Assembly (NCBI GenBank): GCA_013239625.1
Contig: MU056029.1
Location: 930,001-994,000 of the forward strand
Direction of reading: 5' to 3'
DNA: 64,000 nt
From: Lama guanicoe
Lineage: Eukaryota
Part shown: piece by piece, positions 24,189 to 37,249 of the stretch
How the letters are laid out: the number at the start of each line of letters is the position of its first letter
Numbering within the stretch: the stretch's first letter is position 1
Notes under the pieces: generated by a model
Told to the model about the DNA's origin: nothing
Seen by the model: only the letters and a program-made list of their open reading frames with translations
The model's database searches: none
Translations under genes and position numbers: made by a program

Positions 24189-26059
24189 AAGAGGCAAGAA
24201 GGCCGCTTCTGTCCTCAAACACGTGCTCCCTCTACCCGGCTCTGACCTGCTGTAAAAGAGGAGGGAAGTGCAGAATGGAACTGTCTTTACCTCTGACTGC
24301 AAACAATGTCCGCTGATGGAATCTAAGGAAATCGGTATTTTAAGAGTCCCCTTTAATATAAAATTCCTGTGCACCTGGGGATTTTTAAAATTTGAAAATG
24401 GCAATGCGATCATCACAGTTTACAAAGACAAGCAAAACACCATGCAGATGCTACAACATTGGTGCTCTCTCAGCCTTCAAAAATTTTGTAATGTTATTTT
24501 TGTTTTTCCTTCCAAATGGACTTTGGAGAGTGCCCTGCCTTAGTCACTGCTTTTGGCTCTCCAGTTGACTATTCTGAGTGAATATGTGTTAACACGAGCC
24601 TCAGGAGATGTCCCCAGGAAATGGGCTAAAGGAACACAGGGTAGGCACAGCCAGCACACGGAACGGGCGCTCATCCTGGTGCATGTGGCCGTGGGGACAA
24701 TGGGCAGGGACGCTGGCCTCAGGCCCATCACCCCCGGCTCCAGGAGTCCCTGAGGAGTAAGGCTTGGCGGTGACTCTTTCCAGGGTAGGCTCATGAGACC
24801 TCTCAGCTTAGAAGACCACATATTCACTGATGCCTGGTACCCTACTTCCCATCTGGATAACTGGACTGTGGTGGACGGCAAGGGTTCACAGCCTGGACAG
24901 TAGGACCACACGGCCCAGCCAGAAAGCCCAGCTGTGCCACGTCCCAGCAGCACGACCTGAGCGAGCCTTGATGGGTCCACAAAGCTGCTGTGAAGTTTAA
25001 ACACAGCAGTGACTGGATCATGGTAACTGGCATCGTTAACACTCACGACAAATGTGATCATCGTCAGCATTACAGAAAAATACACTCTCTGATAGTCTCC
25101 AGTTTCTTGGCAGGAGACCCAGTCCTGGCAGCCCTGCCTTGAACTTTCGATCTCCAAGGGGACCCCGTCGGACTGCAGAGCGGGAGACGGCTAAGTGGTG
25201 CCCTTCTGCGTTCTTTGAACATTTACCAACCAGTTAATCTTGATAATTATTAGCCTCAGTTTATTTCTCATTAACATTATGTTAATGAAATATTATATTT
25301 GAAAAGCTGTGTTTATAATAAAAATATAATTTATACCATTTAATCAAAAGATAGTTTTTCTTCTTTATGATCAAGATAATGTGGCCTAAGTGATTTTAGT
25401 ATAAATTTCCACTTCGGGGGTTTTGAGGAAACCGTGAAGACCGTGTAATTACAACTCCCAACTTTGCAGTCTGGTAGCTTCCAACACGAATGGTTAACAG
25501 AGGAAGGGGGCAGACCCTGGGCAGCAGAAGCATGAAATGCTGAAGCACACAGGACATCTGCGCAGCACAGCTGGGTGAAGAGCCAGCGCCTCCCTTCTCA
25601 ACAGAGAGACAATCATGGACAACTCCAGGTCTGACAGGGCCCGTGCCGGAGGGACCGTGCCCCGGGGTCTTCACTGAGCCCCCCTCCGTGCAGACCCACA
25701 TCGCGCAGACCTCGTTTAGAAGCCGGGAGCTCTCGCCACTGTGCAGCCAATCAGGATGAAGGCAGACAGCACACTTAGCCTTTCAAAGCGTGTGATTCAC
25801 AGCAAGACACGGGAGTGGGGCTGGCGGAGGGGGAGTTCTCCAGTCAAAGCCCTCCAAACCAGGGCTATATCCCCTCCAAAAAGCACCGAGCACACTGGCA
25901 TCTTAAAGATTCAGAGAGACCCCTCAATCAGAATAACCAATAATAACTCTTTGCTATGCTTTTTAAAAAAAAACCATCATTTTTACAACCAAATAACGCT
26001 TCTGTGTAACACATGTCTATTGACACTGTAGGAATCACCTGTCGTGGTTAAGGGAGGGG

Positions 26060-26210
26060 GCCCCAGAGTCAAACTGGATTAAAATCTTTCTTCTGACACT
26101 TAATCTTACAAGGCTTTGTATCAGTTCTGACTCACTTTCTGACCTCACTTTCCCACTCTGTAAAATGGGAACAGTAACGCTGCCTTTGGATCCCCTGCAT
26201 GATGGATAAG
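26060..26210 (+). mobile_element. MIR SINE remnant
   Basis: Core ctctgtaaaatgggaacagtaa preceded by ctcactttctgacctcactttccc. Confidence 0.6.
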
Positions 26211-26638
26211 GTAACCACCCTCACCACCCTGCAGAGAACCTGGCCCCTCGGTATTTGGTAAGTTTCAGCCTTAATGACGGTTGCTGTTGTTACTCTGGGT
26301 TCATGATACACTTTCCCTTCACCAACTGGAGTCGTCCAGCAGGTACTCCCCAAGTTGTGCACAGACCCAGGCTCAGGGACCGTGCCTTGTGGGGGAAGAA
26401 TCTGGGACAGAGGGAGTGAGAGTGCTGGCGTCCCACATTCCCAGCTGGGCCTGTGGGACTTCTTTGTGGCCAGACACTGCAGCCCAAAGATCACAGCTGC
26501 CCAGACCTCCTGGCCTCAGGTCCACCTCAGTACTGGTAGTCACCCATTCACTACTGCCTTCACGTCTTCCTCCCAGACTTCTGACATCAGTCAGAACCCG
26601 GCACAACTCCAGCGGTAATGCCTCAGCAACCCTGAGCA

Positions 26639-27147
26639 TGATGTGGGAAGCTCCATGACGATGACGGCAGGACCGCCAGGCAGGGCCACTACCATCCTGC
26701 CAGCACCATTTGGTTCCCTGGCCCAGCAGCATTGTATCACTTTTCAAACTCTGAAACAAATTACTTCTAGGAAAGCAGAACTTACCCCTAAGATTCTATT
26801 GGTTCTCTAAAGTAACTCCTGATTGGTCCATTTGTGGTGCTTCGTTTACCTGGAGCTCATTCCTGATTGGTCCATTTCTACAAAGTTTGTTCCTGATTAG
26901 TCACCTTTGTTATATCTTATTTGTATATGATGTTACAAAATGTTGCAAAGTGTAGACTGGTAGCCTATAAAAGCCTCTGTAAACCTACAGACGGAGTCCA
27001 GAGCTTGGAGTGTTAACTCCTCTGGGCCCGCTGGCTTAATAAACCTGAGCTCTCCAACCTCCAAGTGCTGCTTGGTCTCTCGCTCGGATCCAGGTTGCTG
27101 TCACAACTGAGCTGTAACACTGAGCTGTAACACGCTTTTCTACAATA
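26639..27147 (+). mobile_element. ERV1-type solo LTR in intron 7, antisense to GABRB3
   Basis: Aligns along its length with 4634-5041 (gtgggaagc, gactggtagcctataa, gctgtaacactgagctgtaacac). Imperfect TSD agca/ggca. Confidence 0.85.
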
Positions 27148-27465
27148 GGCAGACCATCTCTTTGTCCCAGCAAAACTACAGAAAGATGATTTAGGTTTAC
27201 AGTAATCATGCCATGTTGTTAAGAAAAAGTGGAATCTACTTTTATACACTATAATGAGGTTGTGTCCACTATAACCCACTCCAGCTGGATCTTTTTTTTA
27301 ATATTGTGGGAGACAGTGTTTTACAATTAAGGAGCTATAGAGTCTGTATTATCTAGAAAATCAAGAAATTCACATTTTCAGTACATCACACTTCCAGTGA
27401 TGCCAGATAATTATGGTTCTTTGGTACTTGTAATTCTGTGATTACCTCAAAATGATGGATTCTCT

Positions 27466-27804
27466 GAGGCAGATTCACTGGAAGCTCACAGAACATCAAC
27501 TTCTGATCTTTGTTATTTTTTTTTTAAAGAGGGGTGATGGGCTGGTAATTAGGTTTATTTATTTATTTTTTTAGTGGAGGTACTGGGGATTGAACCCAGG
27601 ACCTTGTGCTTGCCAGGCACATGCTCTACCACTGAGCTACACCCTCCCTTCTGGGCTTCTGATCTTTAATTCAGGCCTCTTACAGGTTCGGGGAGGGGGG
27701 TCTCAGAAATTCTGCACTTGTGGATTTTATACAGTCTTTTTCTTAAAGAGACCCCTTTGATGTTGTATTAGCTAACAGTTCCACAAAATTTGGGTCTGCC
27801 CCTG
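27466..27804. mobile_element. MER53/MER96-like hAT MITE, split by a SINE
   Basis: Ends gaggcagattcactggaagct and ccacaaaatttgggtctgcccctg, with internal ttttcttaaagagacccc. The family name is uncertain. Confidence 0.45.
27512..27655 (-). mobile_element. tRNA-derived SINE inserted into a hAT MITE
   Basis: Same family. TSD cttctgatcttt at 27500-27511 and 27656-27667. Confidence 0.92.
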
Positions 27805-28947
27805 CAAATTCATTTTAGCTCTGAATTTTCTGGGTGAGAAGAGAAAACAGCTGGACAAAGAGTAATCTAGTAATATTAACAACATCAGCAAGAAAAAAAA
27901 GCAAAACCTACAGCAAACACCAATGTTACAAGGTAACTTGTGCAGGCTGTAAAAAACCCTGAAGGTTTTTTTAGGAGAAAGCTTATCATACCCATTAGAT
28001 GCAGATTAATGATTAATACAGCACTTTGGATTTTTTAATACTCTATTCTTAGTGTTTTGATATTCACCAAACACCTTAAAAATAGCTATCCAGGTCACCA
28101 TGGTATGTTACTTCACGAGGAAAAAAAATCTGATCTTGAATCTGTGGAAGTCACGTATCTGTGGGTCTAAACCAGGCATCCAGTCCACACGTGTATACAC
28201 ATTCCCCTGGAAGCAAAATGCTAATCAACGTCACTTCCTGGGAAACCACAGTAAATAGAAAAAGGAAGAAACAGGAGCAAATGGATCCCCGATTCTTAAG
28301 CTTCTCTGTGGGGTGCCCAGCAAATGTGTTGTAATTCTTTCCCATCAATTCTGAAAGGTATTATTGACTTCCCTTCCAGGAAATAAATTCAACCCTACCC
28401 AAAGAAGGGATGGGCTGGACAACTGCTCTTCACTCTGTACTTACCAAAATGTACTTAAATGATTATTTTGTCCATGAAGGTTCATAACAATTAATTCAGT
28501 AGAGAAGACTGTTTTCTAAAAATCTAAGCCTTCCCTTAATTATCAAAAAATATTAGAAATAATACTGTAACACACAATACACACTGTACATCAGCTAGCA
28601 GTCCAGCTGTCAAACGACCAGTGGCCAGAAAAGGTCACTAGAACTCTTGGGATTCTCTCAGCATCTAATAACGTATTTGAATGCTCATTAACTTGTGTAA
28701 TTCCAGTTATATGGTATAACATTTGACTTTTTCTGACTTAAAAAAGAATGCACAATTAATGAAGTCTTCTTTCTGGGCCACATAATAATTTTGAACAGGA
28801 GATGTTAATCCTTGCTTTAAATTAGTATCAAAAATAGTTTTATTATGCAAATATTCAGCAAGCGTATTTTCCCTTTCGTGGGCATGAAAGTTCCCATTTG
28901 AGCCTTCTAATTAAATTAACGCATCAAGGGAGTCATGCATGAAATTA

Positions 28948-29890
<943 letters not shown>

Positions 29891-30165
29891 ACGTGCACTT
29901 ACACATTTGCCTCTGCTGTTTTATTTTGTTTTTCTTCTTGGAGCGAGGCCAGTGGGGCCTCTGTTTCCTCCTGTTCTTCCTGTCCGTTTCCATAGTCCAC
30001 CGTATCAGTTTCAAATGCCACAGCTCTGAATTTTCTGGACACAAATGAAGCGGCTGGAAGGTCAGCCTTCTCTGATCATCAGCTTCCTTGACTCCCCTCC
30101 TCCCTTCACTGACAGATGGTACCCTCTTCCTGAGATTGCTCCCGGAAAGTTTCAGGAGACCTCGC

Positions 30166-30314
30166 TTTTTTCTTTTCTTTTTTGGAGGGGGGAGGGGGCT
30201 GTCTGGGGAGAGGTAATTAGGTTTTATTTTTAATTTATTTTAATGGAGGTACTGGGGATTGAACCCGGGACCCTCATGCCTGCTAAGCATGCACTCTACC
30301 CACCTTCCCTCCCC
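30166..30314 (-). mobile_element. tRNA-derived SINE (Vic-1-like)
   Basis: gaggtaattaggtttt...atggaggtactggggattgaacccggg...ctaagcatgcactctacc. Confidence 0.88.
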
Positions 30315-33300
30315 TCCTCAACCCCACTTGTCTTGCTCTCCTCCTGCTCCAGGCCTGACGGGTTCCTAGCCCCTCTTGCCCCTAAACGTATGCATTTCCC
30401 TGACTTCACATCCCCCTCTGTCCTTATATTCTGTCCCCTTGTCAGTCCGATTCTCTCGTCTGACTGCTTCTTCTATGTAGAAGATTAAAGACTTTAATCT
30501 CTGGGCTCCTACTTTAGCATCAACCAGATTTTTAGCCAAAATTATATAAAAGGGAAAAGCAATCACCTAGTAGACCCACGATTTAAAAGCTGACAACCTG
30601 GCAGTTTCCTCCAATTTTTTGTGTGCCTATGTGTGTGTGCAGTTTGTTTTTTTTTTTTTACACAGCTCTGATCCAATGCATATAACATAGTGTCACTAGA
30701 GCATAAACATTTTCATGCTTATTACAAATTACTTATGAGTACAATTTTAAACTTGTCCTAATTTTCCGTCAAGTACATCCATATGGATTCTGTAGTTTAT
30801 AAACACATCTCTCTGAATGCTATACATTTAGGTAATTTACATTTTTACAAAACTTAAAGTAATACTCTTAGGAGTATCTCTGAGCAGAGACCCTTTGTTA
30901 TGGTTAGACTTCTTTCCTTAGGATGAGTGGGCGAAAAGAGGAATTGCCTAGCCAATGGTAAAGGCTTTTGCTACACATTCCCAAGTTACTTTGCAAAAGA
31001 CCCACACCCACGCCCACCCACCCCCACACCGGTGTACACGCTACTAGGCGCCCTTTACGGAAGTGCCTATCTCATTTGGTAAACCTAACCATATGATGTA
31101 ATATTTCTTAAAAAAAACTTGTCAATTTCCTTGGGAAAAAATGTGTCCTTCCGATCACTTTCTTTCACTGATTACATCCTAAATGTTCGTTTTCCCCCTG
31201 TACTTAATCTTAGAATCTAATTATACTATTCATTCATTTTTCTCAATTTCTGATCCTCTTACTGCTTTTACTGTTCATGTAAGTTCCTTTGATACTGACC
31301 CTTGCTTGTGTTCTTTGCAAGTATTTTCCTAGTTATTTGTCTAGAAACTTACATACCAGGTTAGGGTGGGGAGCATGGAAACACTTAAGTTTTTGTACTT
31401 AGCTGAATCTGTCCATTTCATTTCTTTTTCCCCCATGATATTTAAAGTTTAAAATTTTTAAGCTCAGATAAGTTCACAATAGAGAGCTAACCACAAACCT
31501 ATTTTGAAGGCTGGCAATTGTTTCTGTGTTTGATATGAAGTCAATGTGCATGTTGGTTCTTGTTCCACAAACAGCTAACCAATTTTTCCAGCTCATCTAT
31601 TTTTCCAACCAATTTCCCTTCATCTATGAAATGAAGCTTCCCTTGACGAAGATTTGATACACTCTGTTGTTTTATATCACATTCCATGTCCATGTGGGTC
31701 ACAGACATGGTGTGCTCACAAGCCAGGTCCAAGCCCCATCATGGCCTGGACACCAGCAGGTCCCTGGCCCCACACGCCATCCACACACGTCAGAAGCACA
31801 GTCATCAGGTGTTCAATATTTTCTATCTTCCCAGAAAGGTCAAAATATTCGCCCAGGAATTTTACTTTCTCCAAAAGATTTTCCCAAGTTAACTTTAGCA
31901 TTTTATTTACCACCATGTCTCTGCATTAAACATTACATTTTCTAGCCAAGAAGTGTCCTTATCACCTCAAAATAATTGTCCATATTATCTGCCCCTGCTG
32001 ACTCACACCTACTCTTCTCCCCTTAAAAATGTCTTCCCTTATCCATTCTTCAAGGCCTTGGTCAAATGCCACATCTTCCATAAATCCTTTCTTCTTCCCT
32101 CCAAATGTAAATAATTACCCTCGAGTTATTTTCTTTCTCTTTAGAATCATAATTATTCATGTTTACCAAGCTCGGAGCTTCCTTAGTACATTGTACAAAC
32201 CCCTAGGCAGAGTCTGTGAAGCACTGTATTTTCCATACACTGTAATACCGAGCTAAACGTCTACACCACCTTTGGTTATTAATAACCACCCGGTGTGCTG
32301 AAAGAATGAAAACTGGAATATTGGGTTTATTTATGGGGCTCTTCAGCAAGTGTAATACTCAAAACAGTCAGTAACTGTATTAACTTTTAGTCTGAAATCC
32401 CCTGGCAACTTCAATATCCTCACTAAAGTAAATTCAATATTGGATCTTAGTTTGCAATTTCATGGTAATCTCAAGCCTTACCCATCACTTAGCATTTGTG
32501 ACCCTATGCTCCAGGTACTTGTCACAATATCCACTCCCCTCAAATCTCAGTTTCTCTACAAGGAAGATCATTTTTCTTTCTCGTGCTACACAGCCACTTA
32601 GCTTCCTGCATCTGGAATAGCGCTGGACATCGTGGGAGAAGTACCACACATACTTCCCTCCCACACTTCACTGTCCAGAGCAAGTCTCATTGTCAGTCTT
32701 CACGTCACTGGATAGCAGAGCCCAGTCCTCTCCCAGGGAAGGGCAGCAAGTAATTTTTGAGGAATAATGCAATCTCCCGTGTTCCCCCACTTTTCATTTT
32801 CTGAGTCAACTTTCTTAACATTTTCCAAAGTGCATCTTCCTCAGGGAACCTGTTCCCGACAGAGGCAAATACTGATACCCATGCAATGAAGTCCAGTGGA
32901 TGCTCTTGTGGGAGTCCTTCCCCCGGGCAACATGGGGCCAATGATATGACTGCAGAGTCAAGCATTTGGAAGGTCATCAGTGACCTTGAGGAAGGGAATA
33001 CTACTTAGACTGCAAACCTACCTTAACTTCTGGGAATTCACCAAGATACTCATTAAAATGGAACTTAGAATTAAGAAAACATACCATTTTCTTGTGTATT
33101 TGTTTAGTAAATACATTCTGGTTCTTAAACGTGAAATACCACTTCAGATCAACAAAATTTTTAGGCATTCACTGTGTGCTCCCCCACCCCCATCCCAATC
33201 TCACAATCCCACAGGTAGGACTGGTGGTGGTGGGGAGACAACAAAGATGAGTCAGAGGAGAGTCTATGCTCTCAACTAGCTCCTAACGTGTCAGGGACAG

Positions 33301-34754
33301 ACTTATACAGAACTGGCCTTGGTAGACCAGCGGTAAGGGCTACACCGAATATTCTAGGGCACAGGATTTAGTGACACGGGAGAGGCTTCCTGGTACCTGA
33401 ATTGAGCTACTCCTGGTTAAACAAGAGTCTTTACAAGAAGGGAAGCAGAAGCAGCTTCGAGGCAAAGGATCCGACAAGGCCAAATGAAGAAAAGGCTTCC
33501 GAGATGCCATGAGGTAGAGGCCTCGGAATGTTCACAAACACGAGAGTCGTCAGAGGTGGCGAGACTGGTTCTTCCTGGCGAGGGCTTTTTCCATCCAATG
33601 TGCACCTTAGAGAGCACGTACAGTCTTCTGGAAGCTCTGTTAGACAGAGCCTTCACACGGCTGCCGTAGAGGTCATGCTGCAAGCTGTATCTAAGGGGGA
33701 AACTCCCTAAATGGTCATCACTAGTGGCTGAGAACTTAAAGTTGAGAAGTGGTGAGTCAGCTGCACCAAGACATAACCTTCAAAAGAGCAACAGAAGCTT
33801 CAGAATGACAAGAGCAAGGCCCAGGAGCCCCGAGGGCCGTGCGCCAGCGCAGCTGCGGGCAGGCTCCCCAGGACCCGCCGGGCCGACGGCCGAAGGCGCA
33901 GTCCCTGAACACAAGCGCACCGTTCCGGTTCAGGGCTTCCTTGGCAAAGCTCTCTACTGAAGGGGCTGCTCTCAACTCCTTCTCTCCAGATCCACTGAAA
34001 GTTGTGGCCAGAAGCGGGGCCCTGGCTCTCTCACCCAGCCTAAATTAATAGCAGTCTCTGAGGCATTCGTATTGTTGAAGGACTCATAAAAATGTGGACA
34101 CGGAGTACCATGTCACCTTTGTGGAGAGATAAGACCTACTCAAATGTATCTATAAAGTGACAAGCTGATACTTCAGCAACTGCAGGAGAGCTGGCCTGTG
34201 CAGACATCTGTCCTCCTTCAAGGCGGCCACTGTGGGGTTCTTCCATGATGGTTTTGAGCTCAGTGCTGCTCTTAGGGTCTTTATTATACTGTTTCATTCA
34301 CTTATCATCCACCTTAATAACTTTATAATACGACCTAATGTTCAGAATGTTGTTCCTAATTTTCCCATCCCCATTACTAGTCACCTTAATTAAGATATGT
34401 TCACAAATCCCATAAAGGAAAGAGGAGATACATGAAATAGGAAAGAGAGAACAAGGAAAAACAAAACTGGAGTTTAAGATTGTATCAAGCAGTCAATGAC
34501 TCTCTCATCTTCCACAGTAAAGCCAGAATGTTGCATCCTGTGACCCTGTCCTATGACCCCGGAGCAAAGGACAAGGGCATCTGAGCGAGCCAAGTTCAGT
34601 CTCAGGGTTTACTTGGGATATTCCTTCAGAAAGCTGACTACTTACAGATCCTCAGTTTCCTTTTATGTAAAATTGGAGCAAAACTATCATAGGTGAAAGG
34701 AGAAAAAATATAGATAAATGGTACTCCATCCATTACAAACTATTATTCTCCAAA

Positions 34755-35720
34755 GGGAACCACAAGAAAATGAAACCATAATGCATAGAATGGGAGAAAA
34801 TATTTGCAAATCATGTATCTGATAAGGAATTTGTAGCTAGAACATACAGAGAAGGTTTACAAAAAATACAAACAACCCACTTTAAAAGTGGGCAAAGGAT
34901 CTGAATAGTTTTCTAAAGAAGATAAGACTCATGTCCAGTAAGCACATAGAAGATGCTCAACATCTTACTCACAAGGAGAAGGCAAGTCAAAACCACAATG
35001 AGACACCACTTCCTACTCATCAGGATGATTACAACCCAAAAGACAAGCAGTAACACACGGTGGTAAGGATGTGGATAAATCGGAATTCTCGTGTACTGCT
35101 TGTGGGAACATTAAATGGTGCAGCCACTTTGGAAAACAGTTTGGCAGTTCCTCCAAAGGTTAAACATAGTTATGTGACCCAGCTATTGTGATCCTAGGCA
35201 CACACCTCATAGAAATGAAAACATACATCCACAGAAAACTGTGTGCATGAATGCTCACAGTAGCCTTATTCCTGACAGCCAACAGGTGGAAACAGCCCAA
35301 CTGATGAATGGTTAAGCAACACATGATATATACATACAATGGAATATTATCCAGCAATAAAAAAGGAATGAAGTATTGATTCATGCCACAATACGGGTGA
35401 ACCTCGAGAACATCATGCCAAGGAAAAGAAGCCAGTCACAAAGGACCACGTATTGTGTGATTCCATTCATCTGAAATGTACAGAATAAGCAAATCCATAG
35501 AGTCAGAAAGAGTATTAGTGGTCGCCCAGGGAGGCAGGTTGAGGGAAATGGGGAATGACTGCTAGTGGGTACAGGGTTTCTTTCTGAGGTGATGAAATTT
35601 CTGAAATTAACTGTGGTCATGATTACACAACTCTGTAAAGACATTAAAAAGCCACTGAATTATATACTTGAAATGGTTTAATTTTATGGTACATTAACTG
35701 TATTTCAATAACTCTATTAC
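34755..35720 (+). mobile_element. L1MB-like 3' end
   Basis: gaatgggagaaaatatttgcaaatcatgtatctgataagg...cagccactttggaaaacagtttggcagttcctc...aaagccactgaattatatac. Confidence 0.88.
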
Positions 35721-37249
35721 AAGAAGAATACCTACTACATGTATTTTACTGGAAATTAAATGGCTTTATTTATTCATATCAAGTAGCAAACATACTATCT
35801 GGCCCAAAATACACACTCAGTAAAGGTAAGTTCTGTCTTCCTTTCCCTTTTCTCATTCTGTGATGCCTTCTGTGCTCAGACTTCTGTAATCTAAGCCTTT
35901 TTACATTGAGCATATTTTATAAATAACACAACTGGAAGTCTTAAGAGCAATTCCAAAAGATGAAGGTAGACAAGAATTATTTTTGCAAATGGGGTTTGAA
36001 GCAATGAGTTTCTGAAGAAATGTGGCATCTATAGTGAGACGTATTTCATAGATCAAGAGCCCTTAAAGGAGAATTATTTTATAGCAACAAGATGAGATAG
36101 TTAAGCCGACAGTAAGTTTGCTGTCATTCTGCCATTTCAGACTAAGGGACTAGCGGAAGTATTTGACTGGAAATCACAGGTGGATTGTCTCTAAGGATCT
36201 TTCCAACAGAAGTCAATGGAGGAAAAAAAAGAATAGGGATTTGTCCCTAAAATTTAAAAGACAATGAGCTACAGATGATAATTCCTTCTTTAACATTTCA
36301 CTTAACATTGTCTCTAGACCTATAGTAAATGTTATTTATAGAGCCCAATGAGTAACAATTTGATCAGAGGGCTTCAGTTTAGAAAAAAATCTAAAGCATG
36401 GAGTTCACAAATGGAATCTAGAGAAAATTAAATGTATGTATTAACAGTGTGACATGCAGATGTTTAAAAAAATTTGTAATTTGTTTCATAATCATAACTG
36501 AAGAGCAAAATAGTATTTTTAAAGTTGATTTTGAAGAATGGAAAATTCATGTATACTAATAGAAATGTTTCACCATCATTCACTTTTGGATCCTTCTGTT
36601 TTTCTTTCTTCTAATCTTGGCAGAATTACTTTGAAATGAAGTCATAATATATTCAGTTCAAATATATCCAGAAAAAGAAGAAGAGAAATAAAAACACCAC
36701 ATAATTAAAGAAGTATATTAAGTAATCGGTTCTCCATGAATTTGTCAAAAATTGCAGTCTTTCAGCTCAAAGAAAACTAAAAAGTTAGAAATAAATTTCA
36801 GATTTTGCACAAGTCTGTATATGTCTAATTTTGTGGGTTGGCAGAATATACAATCAAGACCAGTGCAAAAGCTGAAGTCCCAATGCAGGGATGCTGGGTC
36901 CACAGTGATATGTGAAGGGCTCTTTGATGGTTAGCTGGGTATACTTGCTCAGGTAAAATTCACACAGTATTTCTTTTAATCTAATCCTCTTACTATCTGT
37001 TATTCAAGTACTCTGCTCGCATTTTCACAGCTTCTTATTGTTGCAACCAAGGACTCAGATGTCCTGACTTTGAGCTTTACAGCACTTTCCTCAATAGCAC
37101 AGTATTCTGGGTAAGTGTTTCCTCTCTATAATGTTACCAGAAAAACACAGAATTAAATGATTTATATTTTCTGAAATGTGATTATAAAAACGTATCCCAA
37201 ATTTCCTTCTTTCTTTTTTACTCTCATGTAACTAATGGTCCAAGCTAAG

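Noticed and set aside
24540..25157. 205-aa ORF and other 100-190-aa intronic ORFs (e.g. 51167-51715, 29517-30044)
   Set aside because: Near-cognate starts, no recognisable domain or exon structure, and expected by chance in GC-rich DNA.
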